Assembly: GCA_034431495.1 (NCBI GenBank)
Contig: DAOUDB010000064.1
Span: 1 to 56,903 of the forward strand
DNA length: 56,903 nucleotides
Reading direction: 5' to 3'
Source of the DNA: Thermoflexales bacterium
GTDB lineage: Bacteria > Chloroflexota > Anaerolineae > J036 > Brachytrichaceae
The translations under genes and the position numbers were made by a program. Under the pieces are notes generated by a model that was not told where the DNA came from, made no database searches, and saw nothing but the letters and a program-made list of their open reading frames with translations. This document shows positions 46,780 through 55,218 of the stretch, piece by piece. Positions within the stretch are counted from its first letter, which is position 1. Each line of letters opens with the position of its first letter.

Positions 46780-46872
46780 GTTGAACCTCCATGTTGGCTG
46801 GATGAATGGCTGTTCGCGATCGGATGTGTGCGCCAATTATCGCCGGGGGCGGGCGCAGTGGAAATAGTTCGA

Positions 46873-48048
46873 TCAGCGCGCCAGCTCCTGTCTGGCCCGG
46901 CCCACATCCACCAGATGCGCCGGCCCTGCGATATTGCCCTCAATTGCGTCGAATCCCAATGCTCGCATGTGCGATGCCACACGATCAACGGTGTCGCGGT
47001 GAGTGAGCAGCACCACTGTCGGCCCCGTGTCAGTCGAGGCGTACACCGGCGCCCCCTTCGCCCGCAGATCGTTGCAGGCGCGGAACACCGTCAGGTTCTC
47101 CGGCTCCCAGGCAAAGATCTTGTCGTCTTCACTGCCGGTCATCGTGACTGCGTGCAACTGGATGCTGTCCAGTTCGGCCAGCCGGCCCACCGTCTGCCAG
47201 TCGCCGGCTTGCACAGCATCGATGCAGCGCAATGTCTCAGCGCGCCGGTTCAACATCCAGCACTTGAAGAGCGGGCTGTTTGGCGCGTCGGCGTGAACGA
47301 GTTCGGTCTTCAGGCCGATGCGGGAATCGATCGGTATAGTGATGAGGCGCATGTCGGCGAGCTGATTGGCGTTGTCGAGCCGCACGGCAAAACTGTCCTC
47401 TGGCGCGATGCCGGGGTAAGACAGCCACAGCGACACGCCGCCGGTGGCACTGCGGCAACCGGAGCCGGCCAGCAGGCGCGCCACGCTGCTCACAAAGCGC
47501 GTGTTCAGGGTGGCCTCTGGCCCCAGCGCCGCTGCGATGGCCGCCATAGCCAGCGCAGCCGATCCCGACGCGCTGGTGCCCAACCCCTTGCCTGTCTTGC
47601 CGCCGCGCGCCACGTTCCTGGATGTGACGCGCGCCCGTGCTGTCAAATGGGCGGCGCGCCGCACCGCATCCAGACTTTGCTTCACACGCTCCAGGTCGCG
47701 GCCGGTTGCTGTCACCCCGCCGATGATCGCCACATCGTCCGGCAGATCGGGGTCAAACTCGACCAGTGTCAGCGTGTAGGCAGCGTCGTTGCACACTGAA
47801 ATGCTGGGCAGGTAGGCGATGCGCCACACCCAGTCGGTCATGCCGTGATATTTCAGCACGCCCTGCATTGGATAGGCGCAGGCAGCGCCGACCCCACGCG
47901 GGTTGCCGGGCCGGTCGAGCGGCGGATAATCGGGAAAGGTGATGCCGTGCCGCTGCAGGGCGCTCAGGATGTCCGCGTGCGCTGCGCGCATCGGCGCAAC
48001 CATGTCTGCGCAGTGTTCTGGAATGTGTGTGGCTATGCGGCTGTTCAT
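46873..48048 (-). CDS. GHMP-kinase-fold mevalonate (di)phosphate decarboxylase homologue
   Basis: GVLKYHG (compare IKYWGK), GLGTSASGSAALAMA (GHMP motif II), ARLLAGSGCRSATGGVSLW (compare ARKGSGSACRS..GG), TDTGPTVVLL (compare FDAGPN). Confidence 0.7.
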   Translation of the reverse strand: MNSRIATHIPEHCADMVAPMRAAHADILSALQRHGITFPDYPPLDRPGNPRGVGAACAYPMQGVLKYHGMTDWVWRIAYLPSISVCNDAAYTLTLVEFDPDLPDDVAIIGGVTATGRDLERVKQSLDAVRRAAHLTARARVTSRNVARGGKTGKGLGTSASGSAALAMAAIAAALGPEATLNTRFVSSVARLLAGSGCRSATGGVSLWLSYPGIAPEDSFAVRLDNANQLADMRLITIPIDSRIGLKTELVHADAPNSPLFKCWMLNRRAETLRCIDAVQAGDWQTVGRLAELDSIQLHAVTMTGSEDDKIFAWEPENLTVFRACNDLRAKGAPVYASTDTGPTVVLLTHRDTVDRVASHMRALGFDAIEGNIAGPAHLVDVGRARQELAR

Positions 48049-48116
48049 TGTTCTGGCCGGCAGTCTATCATTCTGCGCTGTTGTGATGACGGGCTGCCGG
48101 TGGACTGAATCGATCT

Positions 48117-48605
48117 ATGATGAATCCACCGTCTTCGCTGCTTGACTGGACTGGCGCGCCGGTATCGCGCCGGCCTGACCGTCTGCTTGCTTCGGCCAGC
48201 GCCGTCATTTTCGATGATGCCGGGCGTGTGCTGCTCATGCTGCGCGCCGACAACCAGCACTGGGGCATTCCCGGCGGGCGCGCTGAAATCGGCGAGTCAA
48301 TTGCGCACACCGTCGTCCGCGAGGTGTTCGAGGAGACCGGCCTGCGCGTATCGGTCAAACGGCTGATCGGTGTGTACTCTGACCCGGCGCGCTACAGCAT
48401 TGCCTCGTATCCCAACGGCGACATGGTTCAATTCGTCAATGTGTGCTTCGAATGCGTCGTCGAAGGCGGCGCGCTCAGCGGATCGGACGAAGGGCGCGAG
48501 CTGGGCTTCTTCGACCCGCAGCAGTTGCCGGCCAATACGCTGCTGGCGCACCGCCTGCGCATCGATGATGCCCTGGCGCGACGCGAAGCAGCCTTCATCC
48601 GTTGA
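48117..48605 (+). CDS. NUDIX hydrolase
   Basis: Nudix box GGRAEIGESIAHTVVREVFEETGL. Confidence 0.88.
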   Translation: MMNPPSSLLDWTGAPVSRRPDRLLASASAVIFDDAGRVLLMLRADNQHWGIPGGRAEIGESIAHTVVREVFEETGLRVSVKRLIGVYSDPARYSIASYPNGDMVQFVNVCFECVVEGGALSGSDEGRELGFFDPQQLPANTLLAHRLRIDDALARREAAFIR

Positions 48606-48606
48606 A

Positions 48607-48641
48607 GCAAACCCTCCCTTCCTATGGAAGAGAGAGTTTGC
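48607..48641. terminator. 16-bp imperfect hairpin between convergent NUDIX and YceI genes
   Basis: gcaaaccctcccttcc tat ggaagagagagtttgc (two C-A mismatches). Starts 2 nt after the NUDIX stop. Confidence 0.35.
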
Positions 48642-48702
48642 CGTGAAAAGTTGGGTTGCCCCCTTCAGCTCTGACAGCTGTCATCTGCCATCTCGTCTCG
48701 CC

Positions 48703-49443
48703 TCACCGCGCCACAAACTCCAGCGTCAGTTTGGCGTCGTCCTCGGCGCGCAGAATGCCGGCGATATTCGGCGCTGTAAAGTTGAAGCTGCTCATCTTGA
48801 TCTGAGTCGTGGCCGTGCCCACAAGCTGGCTGCCGTCATAGCGCGCCACCACGTCCCAGGTGACCGGGATGGTTGTGTCGCGCACGGTCATGTCGCCGGT
48901 CATCTTGAACGTCAGCTCCTGCCCGATCTCATAGCTGGCGGGCAGCCCTTCATAGGCCGTGGGGACGAATTTGGCGATCGGGTACTTTGCCGATTCCAGC
49001 CAGTCGCGGCGAATGGCGCCGTCGCGACGGTCGCTGTCTGACTTGAGCGCGCTGATATCGACGGTGATTTCACCCACGGTGGTGTTGGCGGGGGACTGCG
49101 GATCAAGCGTGATGTCGCCGTTGACGATCGTGGTCACGCCAACGGCTGTGACCAGCCGGTTGTTCTGGTTGAGGAACGTTTCGTCCACCGCATACGAAGC
49201 TTTGCTTTCATCCGGGACGATCTTCAGGGTGATGGTGGACGCGCCGGCGGCTGCCGGCTCGGGGGCAGCGGTTGCTCCAGCCGGGGCGGCGCTTTCCGCT
49301 GTGGTTGCCGTTGGGGCCGCTGTGGGTTGCGGGGGTGTCGTTGCGGTCGGCGCCGGCGTTGGGGCGGCGCCACAGGCGCTGAGCAACATGGCGCCGGCAA
49401 GGACGCCCCCGATCATCATCCGATACGCTGCTGGTTGCTTCAT
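48703..49443 (-). CDS. YceI-family lipoprotein
   Basis: Lipobox LLSACG, Ala/Pro/Thr linker, then a YceI-like beta-barrel segment (SKASYAVDETF..., DISALKSDSDRRDGAIR, KFVPT...LTFKMTGDMTVRD). Confidence 0.8.
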   Translation of the reverse strand: MKQPAAYRMMIGGVLAGAMLLSACGAAPTPAPTATTPPQPTAAPTATTAESAAPAGATAAPEPAAAGASTITLKIVPDESKASYAVDETFLNQNNRLVTAVGVTTIVNGDITLDPQSPANTTVGEITVDISALKSDSDRRDGAIRRDWLESAKYPIAKFVPTAYEGLPASYEIGQELTFKMTGDMTVRDTTIPVTWDVVARYDGSQLVGTATTQIKMSSFNFTAPNIAGILRAEDDAKLTLEFVAR

Positions 49444-49650
49444 CTCTCTTCACTCCTTATTCCATCATGGCGTGATATATGGTGAGTCTGCCCTTCAGTC
49501 TGACGCAGCCATCGTGAAGCGGCGTCGCACAAAGCGTCAATACTCCACGCGCCTATTAGCTTCGCGTGAATCTGTGCGGGCAGTCTGATGAGAATAACGA
49601 GCGAGAGGGTGAGTGACAGGTAAGGATTCCCTGAGAGGATGGTGAGTGGG

Positions 49651-49682
49651 AAAACAGGGTGAGACAGCCGCGCCTCACCCTG
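49651..49682 (-). terminator. Intrinsic terminator (cagggtgag - 10-nt loop - ctcaccctg, then TTTT on the minus strand)
   Basis: Perfect 9-bp stem 11 nt past the stop of the URO-D-family gene, followed by UUUUCCC in the minus-strand transcript. Confidence 0.6.
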
Positions 49683-49692
49683 CGGCGGCATA

Positions 49693-50697
49693 TCACTGAT
49701 TTTGCAGAACGTCGATCATGGCGGCAATGTTTTCGGCTTTGGCGTCGGCGGGGATGGCATGAGCCGGCGCGGCGATGTATCCACCGTTCTTGCCAACGCC
49801 GTCGATCAGCCGGCGCACCTCATCCTTTACTGCCTGAACACTGCCATAGGGCAACGTGCGCTGGGTGCTGATCCCGCCATAGAAGCCCAGTGCGTCACCA
49901 TATTTGCGCTTGGCCTCGAAGACGTCGATCACTTCGGGCTGGAATGGATTGAACACATTCACGCCGCATTCGATCAGATCGGGGAACAGTTCGTCCACTT
50001 TGCCGCACGAGTGAATGAAGACGTGCTTGCCATGGTCGTGGACCGTCTGATACATCTGGCGGACTCTGGGCTTGATGAATTCGCGCCACAGCTTTGGCCC
50101 CATGATGACGCCGCGCTGTTGGCCCCAATCGTCGCCGAAAAGCATGGCGTCGATGGGGTAGGCACACGCGCGCCGGATCACCTGCAAGTTGAAGTCCAGA
50201 ATCTTGTCGAGTAGCGCATGAATGGTCGCTTTGTCTTCCACCATCCACATTAGCACGTTTTCCATGCCGGCCAGTGTCCAGGCCCGCTCGAACAAACTGA
50301 ACCCAAGTTCCACCACAATAAACCTGTCCGGGTGGTTGGCGATCCAATCTGCATAGTGGGCGTAGCGTGACGAGTCGCCGGCGTCTGGCGGCTGAAGCGT
50401 CTTCACAGTGTCGGCAGTGACCAGCCGGTTGCACACCACGCCGATATCCTTGTCCACGCTGCGGTTCCAGCGCACACCCCATTGATCTTCCCAGATCTCG
50501 GGCGCGACTTCTCGCCATCCGCCCTCAGGCTCGCATGTGGTGATCGCCAGACAATTGCCCAGCTTGTCTTCGAAGTGCGGGTCGCCGTAGTAATCCGCCA
50601 TTTTGGCGTGCGCCACCTGCGTGAAACCGATGTTGTACGGCGTTCTGTCCGGCTGCTGATGATTCAGCGCCGCAATGACTCGCTCGTGGTTGTTCAT
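49693..50697 (-). CDS. Uroporphyrinogen-decarboxylase-family protein (URO-D / MtaA-like)
   Basis: 334 aa. PDRTPY N-terminus, ...DDWGQQRG..., FIHSCG.., FNPFQPEV.D..., GGISTQ..LP.G typical of the URO-D superfamily. Confidence 0.75.
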   Translation of the reverse strand: MNNHERVIAALNHQQPDRTPYNIGFTQVAHAKMADYYGDPHFEDKLGNCLAITTCEPEGGWREVAPEIWEDQWGVRWNRSVDKDIGVVCNRLVTADTVKTLQPPDAGDSSRYAHYADWIANHPDRFIVVELGFSLFERAWTLAGMENVLMWMVEDKATIHALLDKILDFNLQVIRRACAYPIDAMLFGDDWGQQRGVIMGPKLWREFIKPRVRQMYQTVHDHGKHVFIHSCGKVDELFPDLIECGVNVFNPFQPEVIDVFEAKRKYGDALGFYGGISTQRTLPYGSVQAVKDEVRRLIDGVGKNGGYIAAPAHAIPADAKAENIAAMIDVLQNQ

Positions 50698-50773
50698 CCT
50701 GTTTTCTCCCTTGCCAATAGAGGTCGGACTTTTCCGAGAGGGCTAACCCCTGAGCGCCTGCTGCAACGGGATC

Positions 50774-52135
50774 TTAGCCAGTTCGAGACGATCCCGTGTC
50801 CCTGGCCAGTCGGTCTATATATGCCCGAATCGACGGCACGGCCAGCAGCCGGTCGCGGAAGAAGTCGTTGGCGATGTCGATCAGTTCGCTGCGCGCCAAT
50901 TCAGCCAGATCCACAAAAGCTTGGCCGGTCTGTCGCAGCGACAATGCTTTGCGGAGTTGTAGCAGGCGGCCGGCGATCACTTTCTCCTCTTCGCCTTCCA
51001 ACGCATCGATCACAGTGAAGATGAGTTGATCGGCCTGTGCGATCAGGTTTTCGAGCGCCATATCTTGCCCAAGATGCAAAGCCTCATCCAGTGAGCGTAT
51101 CAGCGCCCAGCCCTGATAGAGCGCGGCTGCCGGCTCGTCGAACAGCTCGCGCACATAGGCCGCCTCGACATACTGTCCGTTCAGGCGGAAGATGTTGTAC
51201 AGCCGTTTGGCGACCTTGCCATAGTTCACGTCTTCGGCCAGATACTTGCGCACTTCCTTTTCAAGCTGACCGATGTAGTGATCCACGGCATCTGCCGCAA
51301 CCTGTTTAGCCAGTTTGGCAAAGATGGGTATCGACTCCGCCTCCAGATAGACTTCCTGGAAGTATGGGTCCAGATAGCCATCCAGCGGCGTGATGGCGCC
51401 GTCAGGGGCCTCCCACGTCACGTCGAACATGTTGCTGGCGTTAGCCAGCCGGCCGTGCTGCGGCTCGGCGATGATCCAGTCCATCTTGCACCAGCCGGGG
51501 TCCTGGGCCACCTCGTCCCATGTGATAGTTGCCTGTGCGCCATCGGGGCGGGTGACTTGGACACGCCCGGCCTGCACTTCTTCCGCCGTCCAGCCGATGG
51601 AACTGCCGGCCTTCATCTTGCGCCCGTTGCGCATCACCTCGTAGGGGAAATTGCCGAAGCGTACCTGGATCAACTGATATGTCGGGCCTTTGAGTGTGCT
51701 GAGGGCTTTCTCGCGCAGCACGCGCGCCAGGATGCGACAGGCTTCCTCGCGCGAGGGCGCGCGGATGTTGACCCGCTCGAAGTAGTCGGCATCGCCGGGG
51801 TAGGTTTGCACTTTAGATTGCGCCGCCGACCCGGACAGCGAAAGCGCCGTCTCAACGACGCCCGGCTCGTCGTAGATCTCCACCAGCCGGCCCACCTCGC
51901 GGAAGTGCGCCAGCTCGGCCGGGCTGAAGTCGAGCATGGTGATCTTGTGGCCGAAGACGCCCGAGCGCATGTCATATTCCACCGCGTCGGCGCTGTGCCC
52001 GACGGCCATCGCCGCCAGCCATTGCAGCGCCTCCTCCTCGTCGATCTCGACGCCCATCCGTCGGGCCGATTCGATGATCTGCGCCAGTTCCTGCTGGGGC
52101 GTTGATTGTTGTTCGGTCTGCGTTTGCTCGGTCAT
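50774..52135 (-). CDS. Hypothetical protein with a predicted pol-beta-type nucleotidyltransferase core
   Basis: LSLSGSAAQSKVQTYPGDADYF (nt 51779-51841) fits hG[GS]-x9-13-Dh[DE]h. A later strand, CKMDWIIAE, could supply the third carboxylate. Long helical C-terminus. Start trimmed to the ATG at 52135 (GAGGAG 6 nt upstream). Confidence 0.7.
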   Translation of the reverse strand: MTEQTQTEQQSTPQQELAQIIESARRMGVEIDEEEALQWLAAMAVGHSADAVEYDMRSGVFGHKITMLDFSPAELAHFREVGRLVEIYDEPGVVETALSLSGSAAQSKVQTYPGDADYFERVNIRAPSREEACRILARVLREKALSTLKGPTYQLIQVRFGNFPYEVMRNGRKMKAGSSIGWTAEEVQAGRVQVTRPDGAQATITWDEVAQDPGWCKMDWIIAEPQHGRLANASNMFDVTWEAPDGAITPLDGYLDPYFQEVYLEAESIPIFAKLAKQVAADAVDHYIGQLEKEVRKYLAEDVNYGKVAKRLYNIFRLNGQYVEAAYVRELFDEPAAALYQGWALIRSLDEALHLGQDMALENLIAQADQLIFTVIDALEGEEEKVIAGRLLQLRKALSLRQTGQAFVDLAELARSELIDIANDFFRDRLLAVPSIRAYIDRLARDTGSSRTG

Positions 52136-52198
52136 CTGAGACTCCTCGTGATCTGAAACCACATCCCTTGAACGCGCCGGCCGGCTGCGCGAATCCCA

Positions 52199-52948
52199 TC
52201 ACGCTGCCATAACCGCCTTGGCGAAGCCGGCCACAAACAGGCGCGGTGCCACCGGCCCGGCGCAGTTGAACACAATGCCGTCGATCGGCAGGCTTTGCAA
52301 ATCGTCGAATAGAATTTCTCCTGAAGTCCTCACCGTCTGCGGCTCGAACTGCAGGCCGCCGTCGCCCCGATCGCGCAGGAACGCGTCCAGTGTATCCGGC
52401 GCGGTGAATACGGCTGCCAGTTTGCGCCCGCGCTTGTCGGGGGCCAGGGTGAGCGCGCGCCCACCGTCGGGGAGTTGTTGCATCACGATGTAAAACGCGT
52501 CGAAGTGCTTGACCAGACTGAGATCGGGCTGCGGTGTGGCGAGTGTGCGCTCCACTTTCACAGCGCGCGCCCATTGCCGCAACGCCGGGATCTGATCGCC
52601 ACGATAGTGCAGTTCGGGCGGCGAGTACGCATTGACACGGAGGATGTTCACTTCGTCGGGCAGATTGGCGAACAACTCGTCGCCGGCGATGGTGATGAAA
52701 TGTTCGCCCAACACCCCCGCGCCGACCATCGCTGAGCAGTCGGCATAGGCGCGTCTGTCTGTGCATAGAAATAAATAGCGCTGCCCTGCGCCATCCTTCA
52801 GCCGCAACAGCGCAATCTGCCCGCGCTCATCGCGCGCTGCCGGCACATGCCAGCCGGCGTGATCCAGGAACAGCCGCAGCAGCGCATGGCTGGGCTGCTT
52901 GCCGTCCAGAGTGGCCTGCATGGCCTGCCGCAGATCGTGGTCGTTCAC
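52199..52948 (-). CDS. Hypothetical protein (249 aa), possibly SseB-like two-domain protein
   Basis: GTG start. Protein-like composition. The two halves look loosely similar (..LFLCTDRRAYADC..; ..LAAVFTAPDTLDAFL..), reminiscent of SseB N/C domains. Weak call. Confidence 0.55.
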   Translation of the reverse strand: MNDHDLRQAMQATLDGKQPSHALLRLFLDHAGWHVPAARDERGQIALLRLKDGAGQRYLFLCTDRRAYADCSAMVGAGVLGEHFITIAGDELFANLPDEVNILRVNAYSPPELHYRGDQIPALRQWARAVKVERTLATPQPDLSLVKHFDAFYIVMQQLPDGGRALTLAPDKRGRKLAAVFTAPDTLDAFLRDRGDGGLQFEPQTVRTSGEILFDDLQSLPIDGIVFNCAGPVAPRLFVAGFAKAVMAA

Positions 52949-53067
52949 GGGTCGTCATCCTGCCCACAGCAAAGGGCTTCAGGTGATTGTACCCATGTCG
53001 TTTGCGCTGGTGCAAAGACGCTTCTGTCCGGGTGGGCTATCGTCTGCCGGAAGTGAGCGACATCTCG

Positions 53068-54183
53068 ATGAACCCGGCAACATCTGACCATGCTTCTCCC
53101 GCGCGGCTGCGCATCCCGTTGCTGGCGATGGGCGCCCTGGCGTTATTGGCTGCGCTGGCGGCGGCGCTCATGCGAACCGGCTGGAGTCTGCCGCTGGTGT
53201 CCGGCTCATTCGTTGGCCAGCATGGCGGGCTGATGGTGGGCGGTTTCCTCGGAACGCTCATCGGGCTGGAGCGCGCGATTGCGCTGCAACGCGGCTGGCC
53301 CTATCTGGGGCCGCTGGCCTCCGGCCTCGGCGCGCTGGCGCTGCTGGCCGGCCTGCCCGATGTCGTTTCGCGCGGGTTGATGACGCTGGCCGGCGTTGGG
53401 CTTGTGGCCGTGTTTGTGTTGATCTATCGCCTGCGCCCGACGCTCGATAGCGCAGTGATGGGCATGGGGGCGGCGCTATGGCTGATCGGCAATGCATTGT
53501 GGCTGGCCGGCTTGCCGATGTCACACATCGTGCCGTGGTGGTTCGGCTTCCTCATTCTCACCATCGCCGGCGAGCGGCTGGAGTTGTCGGCAGTGTTGCG
53601 ATTGAGGCCGGGCGTGCGCCGGCTGTTCAATGTGGCAACCGGACTTTTTGTGGCCGGCCTGGCCGGAACGCTCGTCGCATTCGATATCGGCTTGCGGTTG
53701 ATGGGCATCGGCCTGATTGCGCTGGGCGTCTGGTTGTTGCGCTACGATGTGGCGCGCCGCACCCTGCGCACCTCGCAATTGCCCAGGTTCATCGCCGCCT
53801 GCCTGCTGTTGGGCTATACGTGGTTGATCGTTGCTGGCGCGTTGTTCGTGGTGTTTGGCGCATCCTACACCCAGGGGCTGATCTACGACGCGGCGATGCA
53901 CGCGATCTTTCTGGGGTTCGTTTTCTCGATGATCTTTGGGCACGCGCCCATCGTGCTGCCGGCGGTGTTGCGCTTTCCGGTGTTCTATCACCCTGTGCTA
54001 TTTGCGCCGCTGGCATTGCTGCACCTGGGTTTGTTGGTGCGGGTGATCGGCGATCTGGTTATGGCGCCATTGTGGTGGAAGTGGGGTGGGTTGTTCAATG
54101 TAACGGCAGTGCTGCTCTTTCTCGCCTGCGCCGTGTTTGCCATTCGTCGCTCGAAGCCTGTGGTGAAAGCCGGCGCGGGTTGA
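53068..54183 (+). CDS. Polytopic integral membrane protein (about 10-12 TM), function unknown
   Basis: Continuous hydrophobic segments. His-containing motifs (HIVPWWFGFLILTIAGERLELS; HAIFLGFVFSMIFGHAPIVLP). Start trimmed to the ATG at 53068. Confidence 0.7.
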   Translation: MNPATSDHASPARLRIPLLAMGALALLAALAAALMRTGWSLPLVSGSFVGQHGGLMVGGFLGTLIGLERAIALQRGWPYLGPLASGLGALALLAGLPDVVSRGLMTLAGVGLVAVFVLIYRLRPTLDSAVMGMGAALWLIGNALWLAGLPMSHIVPWWFGFLILTIAGERLELSAVLRLRPGVRRLFNVATGLFVAGLAGTLVAFDIGLRLMGIGLIALGVWLLRYDVARRTLRTSQLPRFIAACLLLGYTWLIVAGALFVVFGASYTQGLIYDAAMHAIFLGFVFSMIFGHAPIVLPAVLRFPVFYHPVLFAPLALLHLGLLVRVIGDLVMAPLWWKWGGLFNVTAVLLFLACAVFAIRRSKPVVKAGAG

Positions 54184-54196
54184 CGCCGGGCCAGCC

Positions 54197-55216
54197 TCAT
54201 GGCGCAGCGTGATCGGCGTTGCTGCTTGCCGACATATCCCACAGCCATGCTGCCAGTTCCTCGAGCGTGGCGCAGCGCGCCGCCTCTTCATGTTGCATTA
54301 CGGCCCCCAGAATCTCGGCGTTGAACCGATGCAGTAGTGTCATGGCCATCGCTTTGCGCGCGAAGTCCGGGTCGGGCTTTGGCGCGTCATAGCCGTGAAG
54401 GTAGGCGCGCAACAGCCGCCTGTCGCAGCCAAACAGGTCGATGTGCAATGCGACCAGATCGTATGCCGGATCGCCGGCCACAACGTCTCCGAAATCGATC
54501 AATGCCAGCATGTGCCATACGCCATCGGGGCCGGCCCGGCCCAGCACGTGGTCGGCCGTCAGGTCGGCATGCACCAGACAGGGCGGGTGTGCCCGATCGA
54601 GCAAAGCGGAGGGGGGCGGCAGGTAATGCTCGATCTGGTCGATGAGATGCGCCGGCAATGCGTTGCGCGCGCGCAAGTGGCCGGCGCACTCCCGGCGCGA
54701 TTGCACCAATTGCGTGGCAAAGGCGTCCCATGTCGCCCGCAGCGGCCCCGCAGCGGGCAGGGGCAGACCATGCAGCCGGCGAACCATCTGTCCGATCTCA
54801 TGCGCCAGCGCCAGTTTGTTGTCGAATGAGACAGCTTCGCGCGTCTGACTGAGGCTGATGCCCGCCACGTACTCAAAGATCAGGTAAGGCCAGTGCCATG
54901 CGCTGCCCGGCGCGTACAGACTGCCCTGCGCGACCACCCTGGGAGCGGCAAGGGCCGGGTCCCGCGCGACGATCTCGTTGGCGGCCCGTTCGACCTCGAA
55001 CGATGCGCCGCCGCCGAAAAGCCGGCCATACAGTTTCACCACCCAGCGCTCATCGACGATGAACACCGGGCAGGTGCCCGGCACGCGCGACTCGATGGAG
55101 CGGCATGGCACAAAACCATGCCGCTCGCACACCCTGCGCACATAGGGCGCCCAATAGGTCGCGTCGCAGAACCGTTGCCGGTAGTCGTCCAGCGTGTCGA
55201 GTTGAGGCCGTGTCAT
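54197..55216 (-). CDS. Aminoglycoside/choline-kinase-type phosphotransferase-family protein (APH fold)
   Basis: Catalytic loop LVHADLTADHVL and LIDFGDVVAGDPAYDL. Start trimmed to the ATG at 55216, 2 nt after the upstream gene's stop. Confidence 0.8.
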   Translation of the reverse strand: MTRPQLDTLDDYRQRFCDATYWAPYVRRVCERHGFVPCRSIESRVPGTCPVFIVDERWVVKLYGRLFGGGASFEVERAANEIVARDPALAAPRVVAQGSLYAPGSAWHWPYLIFEYVAGISLSQTREAVSFDNKLALAHEIGQMVRRLHGLPLPAAGPLRATWDAFATQLVQSRRECAGHLRARNALPAHLIDQIEHYLPPPSALLDRAHPPCLVHADLTADHVLGRAGPDGVWHMLALIDFGDVVAGDPAYDLVALHIDLFGCDRRLLRAYLHGYDAPKPDPDFARKAMAMTLLHRFNAEILGAVMQHEEAARCATLEELAAWLWDMSASSNADHAAP

Positions 55217-55218
55217 CC

